Below are positions 1 to 9,527 of a DNA stretch of 64,000 nucleotides, piece after piece. Both the position numbers and the translations under genes were made by a program. The first letter of the stretch is position 1, and each line of letters opens with the position of its first letter. A model generated the notes under the pieces. It was given only the letters and a program-made list of their open reading frames with translations, searched no databases and was not told the origin of the DNA. The DNA is from Candidatus Hydrogenedentota bacterium (GTDB taxonomy: Bacteria; Hydrogenedentota; Hydrogenedentia; Hydrogenedentales; SLHB01). The DNA is taken from contig CAXXYE010000008.1 in the NCBI GenBank assembly GCA_963674865.2, positions 564,516 to 628,515 on the forward strand. Reading direction: 5' to 3'.

Positions 1-2
1 CA

Positions 3-1558
3 TGTTGGGACTCATTAGAAATGTCCTATGCTCGATGGTTGCAGAAGCGAGTTATCCAAGGTCTGTGGTCAGGTGCGTAGCAGCTGTCCCCAGACCGTCA
101 TATCCACATCCAGCGCGAAGCGCGCGGGCGCATAGCGCTCGTCGAGGATGTGGATATGTGGGTAACTCGCGTGCTCACCTTTCTTTTGCGTTCATGAGAG
201 GTAGGCGTTGGACGTTGGGCCGCCAGCGCTTGTAGGGCGCGGGGGGAGCGTTCTTCTTCTTGGGCTTGGCGGGGGGCTGGACCTGTTGGACTCGTTGCTG
301 CCCTTCTCGTTTGTATTGCTTGACCGTGAGCCTGCGGTAGTCAAGGTCCTGGTCTTTGTAGAGCAGCCTGATGCCGCCGTGCAGATGGGTGCGGACCAGA
401 ATCCTGTCTTTGGGCCGGGGCAGAGGACTGTTGTTCTTGAGGATTTGGTAGTAATGATTCCCGAAACGGACGGTCCAGTCGTTTTGGACGACGCGCAGTT
501 CCTCGAAGCAAAAAATGTCATGCAGCTCAAGGCCTTTGGGTGGAGGACGGTGATAGTCCAGTTCCTCACGGGGCGCAATGGCGAACTTGGCGTTCAGAGC
601 GTCACAAAAGCTTTCGTAGAGCAGCTTGTCGGCGGTGGCGATGGTGGTGATGCGCCGCAAGGCGAGTTCCTTGACGAACCGGTTCTGGTATGTGCCGTTG
701 GAGCGCTCGACGCGGCCTTTGGCTTGAGGCGAAGTCGCGGGGATGATGACGATTCCCAGCTTATAGCAGGCCTCTCCGAATTGAGTCAGCGGCTCGCGCC
801 CCGCCAGTTGCTCTTCGAGCGTGGGCTCCCGGCCGGTGATGTAGACGTTCTTTCGGTCCGTATACAGCGCCCGAGGAATACCGTATTTCTCGATCCACCG
901 CCACAGAAGCTGCATGGCGGCCTGCTTCGTTTCTTGCTCGGCCATGAGCGCCAAGGTTTCTCCTGTGGCGTCATCTATCATGTTCATCAGACAAGTTTGG
1001 CCTTGGTCCGGCCCGAACCAGTGGTGGTGACTCCCATCCATCTGCACCAGCTCTCCGAAATGGGCTCGCCGCTCCCTGCGGGAGCGATGCCGGCGCCCGG
1101 TGTCTCCCTTCGCCCAGAGCCCCTGCTCAAGCAGCCAGCGCCGTAACGTCTCGTGGTCGATGCACAGGCCTTCCTCCGCCAGCTTCTCCGCGGCCAGGGT
1201 CGGCCCCAAATCGTGTTCTCTATAGCGTTCCTGATAGCGCCGAAGGACTTTGTCCCGGAACGCGGCAGGCTTGGCTCGATTAGACGCCCGGCCCCGGTTG
1301 CGATGCACCAACCCCTCATCTCCCTCTGACACGAAGCGTGCGTGTATCCGCAGCGCCTGCCGGTAGCTCACTTCCATGCGCCGCGCCGCTTCCGCCAGGG
1401 TCATATGCTTTCCCACAACAAGCTCCAACAACGACTTACGCATCAATTCCTTGCGACTCATCTTCAAATGCCCTTCCACGGCAGCCCTCCAAGTGAAAGG
1501 CTCCAATTGTGACATTTCTAATGAGTCGAGGGGGTGACACTATCAAAGAGTCGCGACA
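3..1558 (-). mobile_element. Insertion sequence, ISNCY/IS1202-like
   Basis: TGT...ACA termini. The left end TGTTGGGACTCATTAGAAATGTC (3-25) matches two inverted motifs at the right end (1511-1527 perfect 17 bp; 1536-1558 imperfect). Encloses a single DDE transposase. A TSD cannot be assessed because the window starts 2 bp before the element. Confidence 0.85.
175..1479 (-). CDS. ISNCY (IS1202-like) DDE transposase
   Basis: N-terminal HTH (TLAEAARRMEVSYRQ), LVQMDGS, IDDAT, YTDR and SPQAKGRVER motifs. GTG start with GGAGG upstream. Confidence 0.9.
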   Translation of the reverse strand: MEGHLKMSRKELMRKSLLELVVGKHMTLAEAARRMEVSYRQALRIHARFVSEGDEGLVHRNRGRASNRAKPAAFRDKVLRRYQERYREHDLGPTLAAEKLAEEGLCIDHETLRRWLLEQGLWAKGDTGRRHRSRRERRAHFGELVQMDGSHHHWFGPDQGQTCLMNMIDDATGETLALMAEQETKQAAMQLLWRWIEKYGIPRALYTDRKNVYITGREPTLEEQLAGREPLTQFGEACYKLGIVIIPATSPQAKGRVERSNGTYQNRFVKELALRRITTIATADKLLYESFCDALNAKFAIAPREELDYHRPPPKGLELHDIFCFEELRVVQNDWTVRFGNHYYQILKNNSPLPRPKDRILVRTHLHGGIRLLYKDQDLDYRRLTVKQYKREGQQRVQQVQPPAKPKKKNAPPAPYKRWRPNVQRLPLMNAKER

Positions 1559-1574
1559 TGAGGCCGACTGGAGC

Positions 1575-1603
1575 TTGATTTTCCTTTCCATGTTGCATAT
1601 ACT
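1575..1603 (+). promoter_or_regulatory. Putative sigma70 promoter
   Basis: TTGATT-N17-TATACT, about 280 bp upstream of the DUF2294 start. Confidence 0.6.
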
Positions 1604-1767
1604 CGAAGCGTAATCGGGCAGAGACTCAGGGGGCAGCGCAGAAGCTGCCTGCTGCAGGATAGGCCGCAGGGTGACAGAACAGGTCGTCGTGCGGTTTTTT
1701 TCTTTGCTCTCTTAGAGGTCGGCAGGTTCCACCGAGCTGCGTTTTGACGTGGCGCGGTGTGGAAGTG

Positions 1768-1809
1768 AGGCCGAAGAACCGTCTCTTGTGATGGTTCTTC
1801 GGCCTTTTT
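1768..1809 (+). terminator. Intrinsic terminator within the 5' leader of DUF2294-pckG
   Basis: 16-bp stem (1768-1783/1790-1805, one G-U) followed by a T run. Confidence 0.7.
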
Positions 1810-1881
1810 CATTTCCCCGGTGTCTTCAGGGTGGCTGCACGCGACGGCGTCCTGAGTGTGTGGCGTGAGGTCACGGAGGCA

Positions 1882-2262
1882 ATGTTCAGAATGAGCTGTT
1901 CGAAGGCGACGGAAGAACAGATAATCGAGGCAGTGGAGCGGTTCGAACAGAACGAGATGTCGTTGGACGCGACGTCTATTTCAGTCGAGCTTCGGGCGGA
2001 CACCTTGTTCGTGATGATCGAGGGACTGACCTTCCCCGCGGAGAAGGCCTGCGCGGAGGATAAGCACGGTGAAGAACTGCTGACGCAATACCACGCCCGG
2101 CTCTACGATGCCAGCAGAGGCTGCCTTGAGAAGGAGATCGAGCGTTTCCTCGGACGTATGGTTCAACGCTCCGCGTTCAGAGTGGATCCGATCTCCGGGA
2201 CTGGGGCGATGCAATTCATACTGGGCGATTCCACTGGCGAAGAAAGAGGCGAACCGCGGTAG
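1882..2262 (+). CDS. MpsC/DUF2294 family protein
   Basis: Pattern VERFEQNEM...ISVELRADTLFVMIEGLTFPAEK...ELLTQYHARLYD...EIERFLG; GGAGG RBS at 1875. Confidence 0.7.
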   Translation: MFRMSCSKATEEQIIEAVERFEQNEMSLDATSISVELRADTLFVMIEGLTFPAEKACAEDKHGEELLTQYHARLYDASRGCLEKEIERFLGRMVQRSAFRVDPISGTGAMQFILGDSTGEERGEPR

Positions 2263-2388
2263 GAGAAAGAAGCGGACTTCGGTGAATCGTCACTGAAATC
2301 TGCATTCAGGTGGCCATACGAGTTCAAAACGAGGAGAAACGGGGAGCGTCGTGCCTCAGTACGGGCGGTAACCCTCAAGGAGATAGAC

Positions 2389-4356
2389 ATGCTTGAATAC
2401 AAGAAAGGTCTTGACATTCTGTCGGCTGTCGGCGGCATCGCTACCATCGAGGAGGCCAAGAGCCTGTTCACGGATAAGCTGGACGCCGAGAACCAGGCGA
2501 AACTGTCGAAGATCCGCAACGAAGAGGCCCTGCTGAAGGTTGCGAACGCGATCGCCATGTGTCAACCGGACGCGATCATGATCCACTCGGGGTCGCCGGC
2601 GGACCAGGAATTCGTCAAGAAGCACAGCCTGGAAAAGGGTGAAGAAGCCTCCCTGCCCATCGAGGGACACACCGTCCACTTCGATCTGCCCCAGGATCAG
2701 GCCCGCCTGGTGAATCAGACCCTTTACATCGTCAACGAAGAGGAGAAGATCTCGTCCTTGGCGAAGCGCGAACTGCGCAGCGAATCCCACGCCTACATTC
2801 AAAAGCACATGACCGGCATCATGCGAGGCAAGATCATGTTTGTCGGCTTCTATGGGCGGGGGCCCATCGGCGCCAAGGCCGCCATTCCGGCCATCGAGAT
2901 ATCGAGTTCGACCTACGTGTTTCACTCGGCCGAGTTGCTGTACCGTAACTGCTTGGCTGACTTCGACGCGGAGGTTGCCCGCCGCGGCGAGTTCTTCACC
3001 AACGTGCACTCCGAAGGCCCCAACCGCCCCGAAGACGTCCCTAACGCCCGTATCTACATGGATCGCTCGTGGCAGACCACCTACTCCATGTTCTGCACCT
3101 ACGCTGGGAACACCCTACTCATGAAGAAGGGCAACCACCGCTTCGCCTCCGATACGGCGATCTACAATCACTTCGGCTTAGAGTTGTCGGAGCACATGTT
3201 CATCACCGGGCTGACCGGCCCGGGCGGCCGCAAGACCTACTTCGCCGGGGCGGCGCCTTCCGGCTGTGGGAAGACCACCACCGCTATGGTGGGCACCGAC
3301 TTCATCGGGGACGACCTCGCCCAGTTGTGGATAGCGGAGGATGGCACCCTGCGGGGCATCAACCCCGAGATCGGCATCTTCGGCATCGTGCAAGACGTTA
3401 ACGAAGAGGGCGATCCCTATCTCATGAAGAGCCTGCGCGAACCCGGCGCGGAAGTCATTTTCTGCAATGTTCTCATCGATGAGAACGGCAAGCCCCGCTG
3501 GGTGGGGGACGGCGAGGCGCCGCCGCCGCGCGGGAAGAACTTCCAGGGCGAGTGGACGTCCGACATGACGGAGGTGCCCATGTCCCACCCCAATTCCCGC
3601 TGTACGCTCCGGAACGAGACGATCGGAAACCACAACAAGCAAGCCAACGCCGATCCCGCGGGGGTGGAGATTCGAGTGGTTACATATTCGGGCCGCGACG
3701 CCGACACCATGCCGCCCATCTGGGTCGCGAAGTCCATGAACGAAGGCGTGGCCATCGGCGCCTCGATCGTCTCGAAGGCGACCGCCACCGAAGTGGGCGC
3801 CAGCGGTGTGAGGCGTCAACCCTGGGCCAACGCCCCGTTCATCGCAGGCGGCCTAAGCGACTATCTTGACGCGCAGTTTGCCTTCTTCAACAGCGACAAG
3901 CTCGCCGTCGAGCCCGTCATCGCGGGAGTCAACTACTTCCTGACCCACGAGAACCGCGGAGGCAGCGGCTCAGGACTATTGGGCGAGAAGCGCGATGTTC
4001 ACGTGTGGCTCGGCTGGCTCGAGTTGTACGCTTACGGCGACGTGGAAGGTGTCGAGACCCCCATCGGCATCATCCCGAAGTACGAGGATCTGAAGAAGCT
4101 TTTCAACGACAAGCTCGGCAAAGAATACAGTGAACAGCTCTACACGATGCAGTTCTCACTATATATAGACAACATCATCGCCCGTATCGATCTCCAGACT
4201 GAAGCGTGGAAGGAAGAGGGCAACGCTTCCCAGAGTCTTTTCGATATCTATGCAGCACAGAAGGCCGAACTTGAGGCACTCAAGTCTGAAAAGGGCGCTA
4301 TCATCAAGCCTCAAGCTCTCTGTCCGATGGAGGTGCCGTGTGGAAACATTCAGTAA
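2389..4356 (+). CDS. pckG: Phosphoenolpyruvate carboxykinase (GTP)
   Basis: YAGNTLLMKK, EHM, GAAPSGCGKT, IGDD, INPE and HPNSR motifs; 655 aa. Confidence 0.95.
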   Translation: MLEYKKGLDILSAVGGIATIEEAKSLFTDKLDAENQAKLSKIRNEEALLKVANAIAMCQPDAIMIHSGSPADQEFVKKHSLEKGEEASLPIEGHTVHFDLPQDQARLVNQTLYIVNEEEKISSLAKRELRSESHAYIQKHMTGIMRGKIMFVGFYGRGPIGAKAAIPAIEISSSTYVFHSAELLYRNCLADFDAEVARRGEFFTNVHSEGPNRPEDVPNARIYMDRSWQTTYSMFCTYAGNTLLMKKGNHRFASDTAIYNHFGLELSEHMFITGLTGPGGRKTYFAGAAPSGCGKTTTAMVGTDFIGDDLAQLWIAEDGTLRGINPEIGIFGIVQDVNEEGDPYLMKSLREPGAEVIFCNVLIDENGKPRWVGDGEAPPPRGKNFQGEWTSDMTEVPMSHPNSRCTLRNETIGNHNKQANADPAGVEIRVVTYSGRDADTMPPIWVAKSMNEGVAIGASIVSKATATEVGASGVRRQPWANAPFIAGGLSDYLDAQFAFFNSDKLAVEPVIAGVNYFLTHENRGGSGSGLLGEKRDVHVWLGWLELYAYGDVEGVETPIGIIPKYEDLKKLFNDKLGKEYSEQLYTMQFSLYIDNIIARIDLQTEAWKEEGNASQSLFDIYAAQKAELEALKSEKGAIIKPQALCPMEVPCGNIQ

Positions 4357-4366
4357 GGATGGACGG

Positions 4367-4828
4367 TTGGCCATACCCTCGAGCCAGCGGAAAAGAGACA
4401 AATCAAGGGGCGACAAAGGCAAGACGAGATACGTTTTGAAGGAGGCGTATTGTCCCAATGGCTGCAATATCATTGATCCTGACCACGAGGTCGATGGCGT
4501 CCCTGGTTTGCGGATCAGATTCCGAAGGCCCGGAATGGAAGGTGAATTCATCCTCTCCGCAGTAGAGGGGAGTCTTGGGAGGATCATTCTATCAGGGCAA
4601 CTCGAAGAAGGGACGAAAGACGACCTTTATTGTCCCTACTGCAATGCCATGTTTAGGAAGGTCGTGAATTGCACCTGCCAACCTGGGGCCGATGTTGTTG
4701 CAGTAGGATTGACTCCGAGTTTCGCCTTCAACAACTCAGTATGTTTCTGCAACGTTACTGGGTGTAGCAAGGGCACATCCGTCAGGACCGGCGATGTCCT
4801 AAGGCGACTTGGCGTCGAAGGTGAATAG
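4367..4828 (+). CDS. Cys-rich hypothetical protein (putative metal-binding)
   Basis: CPNGC, CPYC, CTC and CNVTGC clusters; directly follows pckG; TTG start inferred. Confidence 0.6.
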   Translation: MAIPSSQRKRDKSRGDKGKTRYVLKEAYCPNGCNIIDPDHEVDGVPGLRIRFRRPGMEGEFILSAVEGSLGRIILSGQLEEGTKDDLYCPYCNAMFRKVVNCTCQPGADVVAVGLTPSFAFNNSVCFCNVTGCSKGTSVRTGDVLRRLGVEGE

Positions 4829-5139
4829 AGAATCCGCCGAAGACTGCGCGATCTTCAGTAAGTAAGGTCGTGATTCGTTTCAGTTCCCGGTACTTCATGT
4901 GCTTGAAACCGGCGGCACTCCCGGCAGAGGACTTTCGCGTGCGTCTGCCGGAAGAGCACGGTATCGCTTCATCACGCCTGGTGAGCGAGATGTGCGCATT
5001 GCATTCTCATGCGTCGAGGAGAATCGGGAATGCTGTTGACTGAGCAGGAGGTCTACGATGCCGTCGTGTTGAGGGCGCCCGGTGCGGATGAGCTGTCTTC
5101 CCCCGAGAAGTCAGGGCGCTCTCGGCCTATCCGACGCCG

Positions 5140-7725
5140 CTACTCATCCGGGGCCCGCTCCTCGGCCAGGGCGTTGAGCTTCCTCTCGACCTCGTCGAGG
5201 AACGCGTTCGTTATGGCGCTGTCCCACGTGTAAGGGGGCGAAGGAGTCTGCGTCGTCACGGCGAGAATGGCCAACAGCGCTTCGACCAGGGGCCTGTGCT
5301 CAATGCCCGGCGCCTGAATCAGGTGCCTGAGGTGATCTAGGACAACCAGGCCGTTCCGCGCCGGTTCCCTCGCGCACCGGCACATGACTGGGATCAGTTG
5401 CTCCCGCAGTGTACGAATGTCCGCCAACTCATTCACGTGCAGGTAATAATCGGGGTCGATCTGCCAGCGCCTGAGGAGTGTTGCCAGGGCGGCGGGGTCT
5501 TCGATGTGCGCGAGGGCGCTATCCGGGAGTCGATCCGTGTATCGCCCGAGGCCTTCCAGCTCTCCCTTGTTTACGAGCCCTACCAACGCCAACGCCGCCT
5601 CTTGGCTGTAGTTCTCGGCCCCGGATGGCGCCAACATGCGCCTGAGGACTTCCGCGCCGCAGGCGTCCCCCAACTTGGCCAATTCTAGGGCCGCCACCTT
5701 GCGGTTGCCGCGTTTAGGCGCCTCGAAGGCCTCTCGAAGCCATTCTATGCGCGGCTCATCCTTGTGCGTTTCCCACCAAGCGTCCCAGTATGCCCGGAAG
5801 GCCTTAGGCGTGCGCGGCCGACCCGCACTGAAGCCGGTGATCCGCTCCAGCGCCCGTGCGGCTCTCTCGATGAGGCGCGGAGTGTAAGGCCCCAGCGTCT
5901 CATCATCCCAGTCCGCCGGGACGGCGTTGATCAGCGACAATACGGCGCGGCCATCGCGATAATGGCGCGCTATCTCTCGGGCGGCATCCATCCGCTCGCC
6001 GATATGCTCGCTGCCGAGCTGCTCGATGCACGTATCGAGATCCATCTTGGGATACAGGCCCAGGCCTAGTTGATCGGTGGGCGTATACGGCTTCATCACG
6101 GTATCCCAGGGATAGCCGAAGAAGCCGAACACGCGGAAGACGACGCCCCGCTCGTCTTGGAACACCTGGACGTTGCCCGGCGAGTCCTCGAACGCCAGCC
6201 AACCGCCGGTGAAGGGATTCCGGTAACGCCCGTAGGTAAAGTGATCCACCAGGATCTGCACGGCCTCTTCGGGCGACACGTCCTGGAAACCATCGTAACA
6301 CTCCGCCACCCGTTGCGCGTTCTCCGTCATATCCCTGCGCATGCCGTGGGGGGACTCCTGCACATCGACCTGCGGCAACAAAGCATGGGCGCGGTTCTGG
6401 ACGACGTAGCTCACGACTGTGACGGGGACCAGAATCCCCAGCACCGCCACCGTGCGCAAACGCCCCCGCGAGCCCTTGCGGAGAAATGCATGGGCCAGAA
6501 GAATGCCCACGGCCATGGCCACAGACCACGCCAGCAGCGCCAACGCCGAGGCCGCGTCGCGGACGGCGTCCTTGGCATAGTACGTCTTCCGTTCGGCGTG
6601 CGCGGGGCCTATGCGCACTGCCAGGTCCGGCGTCATCTGCTCCGGAGAGAGGGTGCCCGTCAACTTGCTGATTGTGCAGCCGTCCCACATCGTTGAGGCG
6701 GCGTCGGGATGTTCGACGTAAAGAAAGTACGTGCCCCCCTTGAATCCGCCTGGAGCACCGCCCCGAGGAGGCATCAAGCCGCCGTCATCGAAGACCTCCT
6801 CCGAAGGAACCAGTTGGTCGGCTATCTCGAGCGCGAGCCGATCCTGGCTCGCTGTCCCTTCGGCCACCACGAACAACTCGAGATACACGTTGGATTGGGC
6901 CAGAGCAGTAAGTCGCATGGGATACACGGGCTCGTCGATGGGAAATGTGATGGCCAGGGGGTGAGGCCGGCTCAATCCGTCGCCCTCGCGGCGGAGCTTG
7001 GCGGACACGAAATGCCAGCCATCCGCAATGTAGTCGCGGACGATGGATTCACCCTCCGGGGGAAGTCCCGAGAAGCCGTTCTCCGTCAACCACTTGTTGA
7101 GCGCCCGCGCGCTATCCGCCTTGAGTACGGCCAAGTCGTAGCTGCCCACGTGGGCCTGCTCTTCGACCAGCACGCGGCTCGCGCTGGAAGAACCGAGGTC
7201 CGTACCTGCGTACCTGAACGCGGGCGCGAGCAGCGTGAGGAACAGAACCGCCGACGCGCATAGGAAGATAAGCAGCAGAACCGCCGGCCAGTACCAGGCG
7301 CGGGGCCGCCAGAGAACGATCAGTATGCCCCACGCCGCTATGACGGCCACCAATAAGCGCGCGTGCGCCAGTTTCCCTCTTGTGGCGTGAGACTTGACAA
7401 TTTTCGGTTGTAGGGCGCCCGACAGTGTCTTGATGAGCCCCGGTGTGGCTTGCTCGAAGGCCGTGGGCTTCGCGGGAACCGGGATGATCCAGCCAAACGC
7501 CTCGCCTTCCCCTTCGAGCGACGACTCGATGACGAGGCGCTCAACGCCCTCGCGGTACACGAGAAGTGCCCGCTGCGACGGGATGGATGGCAGCGCCTTC
7601 GCGGCGAAGCTCTTCGAGAAAAACCCGTCCGCGCTCGCGGGATGCGCTGCCATGAGGCCCATGGCCAGCACGATGCCCCACCACCACATAGACTTTGCCG
7701 CCCGGATGCCGAATCGCGTATTCAT
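5140..7725 (-). CDS. DUF2330 domain membrane protein with C-terminal HEAT-like repeats
   Basis: Signal peptide; QRALL, FGWIIPVP, VGSYDLAVL, WLTENGF and PVYPMRLT motifs; several TM helices; helical repeats. Confidence 0.75.
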   Translation of the reverse strand: MNTRFGIRAAKSMWWWGIVLAMGLMAAHPASADGFFSKSFAAKALPSIPSQRALLVYREGVERLVIESSLEGEGEAFGWIIPVPAKPTAFEQATPGLIKTLSGALQPKIVKSHATRGKLAHARLLVAVIAAWGILIVLWRPRAWYWPAVLLLIFLCASAVLFLTLLAPAFRYAGTDLGSSSASRVLVEEQAHVGSYDLAVLKADSARALNKWLTENGFSGLPPEGESIVRDYIADGWHFVSAKLRREGDGLSRPHPLAITFPIDEPVYPMRLTALAQSNVYLELFVVAEGTASQDRLALEIADQLVPSEEVFDDGGLMPPRGGAPGGFKGGTYFLYVEHPDAASTMWDGCTISKLTGTLSPEQMTPDLAVRIGPAHAERKTYYAKDAVRDAASALALLAWSVAMAVGILLAHAFLRKGSRGRLRTVAVLGILVPVTVVSYVVQNRAHALLPQVDVQESPHGMRRDMTENAQRVAECYDGFQDVSPEEAVQILVDHFTYGRYRNPFTGGWLAFEDSPGNVQVFQDERGVVFRVFGFFGYPWDTVMKPYTPTDQLGLGLYPKMDLDTCIEQLGSEHIGERMDAAREIARHYRDGRAVLSLINAVPADWDDETLGPYTPRLIERAARALERITGFSAGRPRTPKAFRAYWDAWWETHKDEPRIEWLREAFEAPKRGNRKVAALELAKLGDACGAEVLRRMLAPSGAENYSQEAALALVGLVNKGELEGLGRYTDRLPDSALAHIEDPAALATLLRRWQIDPDYYLHVNELADIRTLREQLIPVMCRCAREPARNGLVVLDHLRHLIQAPGIEHRPLVEALLAILAVTTQTPSPPYTWDSAITNAFLDEVERKLNALAEERAPDE

Positions 7726-7987
7726 TGGCGTCCCCTTTCCCCCCAATACTCGCCGAGTACACCACCAACTATGCTCAATTACTCCCGCCCAGTCAAGAGT
7801 TCCTGTGTGTTTGGATTGCCGGGAGGGCATGGGCTGCAATGGGTGCGCATGAGCAACTCAAGTGACGGCGCTTCTTTTCATTACGCCTCATGGCGCCTGC
7901 GGAATGGATGTCGCGGGACGAATAGTCTAAACTAATGGGAAGCAAGACTGTTGCGGCATCCGTGCGGCAATTCACGGAACAAACAGA

Positions 7988-9433
7988 GTGGAGAGCAAAC
8001 CAGTGAAACGTGCGCAATTCCTATGGTTGGCGATGACATTGGCCCTTCTAGCGGCAAACGGCGCGTGGGCGGCCGATGATGGTGCGACGCCCGTGAACGT
8101 CGCGAATCCCAAGGCGGTCGAGAGAGTGCTGTCGGGCGAGCGGACGGAGGCGAACGCCGCCTGGTGGGGATTCAACGCGGAGGATACGACGGAATCGATT
8201 CAAGGCGCGCTCGACTCGGGCGCAAAGACGGTGAAGATCCCTTACATGGGCGAGCCGTGGATTGTCCGCCCCCTCTCACTGCGAGGCAACCAGGAGGTCT
8301 ATCTGGAGCCGGGCGTTGTGATCCTGGCGAAAGAGGGGGAATTCCTGGGCCGGGGCGACTCGCTCTTCACAGCGAGCGGCGTGGAGAACGTGGTCCTGCG
8401 CGGATACGGCGCGACCCTCCGCATGCGGAAGCGGGACTACATGAAACCTCCCTACGAAAGGGCCGAATGGCGCATGGGCTTGTCCCTCCGCGGAAGCAAC
8501 AACGTGCTCGTGGAGGGCGTGCGCATCGAGAGCAGCGGCGGCGACGGCATCTACGTTGACGGCGGCGCGGGGCGCAAGTACTGCGACGGCATTACGATTC
8601 GCGACGTGACGTGCTTCGACAACCACCGGCAGGGAATGAGCGTGATCAGCGTCGAGAACCTGCTCCTCGAGAACTGCGTCTTCGCCAACACCTGGGGCAC
8701 CGCCCCGGCGGCGGGACTCGACCTCGAACCGGACGGCGCCGAACAGAGCCTGGTGAATGTCGTCGTGCGGAATTGCGTATTTGAGAACAATGAAGGCCAC
8801 GAGGTCCTCGTATATCCCAAGAACCTTCACGACAAGGCGCCGGATCTGTCCATCCGCTTCGAGAATTGCCTGATTCGGAAAACCTTGACGGAGGGAAAGC
8901 CCGACGGTGTGGCGCAAGGCATTGGCCGCGACGACGCCACCCACGGGTGGTCGGGCATCAGCATGGCTGCGGTACGTGATGATGGGCCCGGCGGAACCAT
9001 CGAGTTCGTGAACTGCGTCGTCGAGAACACCGGCAAAGAAAGCGTACGTATCTTCGACAAATCGGCGGGCAGGGCGGAGGTGCGGTTCGTGAACTGTCAG
9101 TTCAGGAATCCCTGGCTCGTGTCCCACCCGACCCATTGGGGCGTGCGCGTGCCGATTCATCTTCATGTGCGCCGCCCGGAGGTATCCAAAGACCTTGGTG
9201 GGATCGTCTTCGACGATTGCCACGTGTACGACACCGTGGCGCGCCCGGCCCTGCTCCTGGACCAGGTCAACAACGAGCTTGGCCTGCGCGACCTGAGCGG
9301 TCTCATCACCTACCACGGGCCCGGTGACCCGCGTATGGAACTGGGGCCAAATGCCAGCAACATCGGCCTCCGCCTCCTCAAAGCAGGCGAGAATGAGGCA
9401 ACGGCGCACGTGCCCGACGCGGACGCGGAATAG
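7988..9433 (+). CDS. Secreted right-handed parallel beta-helix protein (pectate lyase superfamily)
   Basis: Signal peptide; DTTESIQGALD, SSGGDGIY, NHRQGMSVIS and AGLDLEP repeats. Confidence 0.8.
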   Translation: MESKPVKRAQFLWLAMTLALLAANGAWAADDGATPVNVANPKAVERVLSGERTEANAAWWGFNAEDTTESIQGALDSGAKTVKIPYMGEPWIVRPLSLRGNQEVYLEPGVVILAKEGEFLGRGDSLFTASGVENVVLRGYGATLRMRKRDYMKPPYERAEWRMGLSLRGSNNVLVEGVRIESSGGDGIYVDGGAGRKYCDGITIRDVTCFDNHRQGMSVISVENLLLENCVFANTWGTAPAAGLDLEPDGAEQSLVNVVVRNCVFENNEGHEVLVYPKNLHDKAPDLSIRFENCLIRKTLTEGKPDGVAQGIGRDDATHGWSGISMAAVRDDGPGGTIEFVNCVVENTGKESVRIFDKSAGRAEVRFVNCQFRNPWLVSHPTHWGVRVPIHLHVRRPEVSKDLGGIVFDDCHVYDTVARPALLLDQVNNELGLRDLSGLITYHGPGDPRMELGPNASNIGLRLLKAGENEATAHVPDADAE

Positions 9434-9527
9434 CGCGCCGGCCACGCGGGAGTTGACCGCCCACTCGGCCGCTGGTAGACTCGGGCGGCATCGGAGAGCA
9501 TAGCCACCATCGCTGCGAGTTCCGCAC

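Noticed and set aside
1559..1610. dif/Xer target site next to the IS1202-like element
   Set aside because: No convincing XerC/XerD arms; better explained as a promoter
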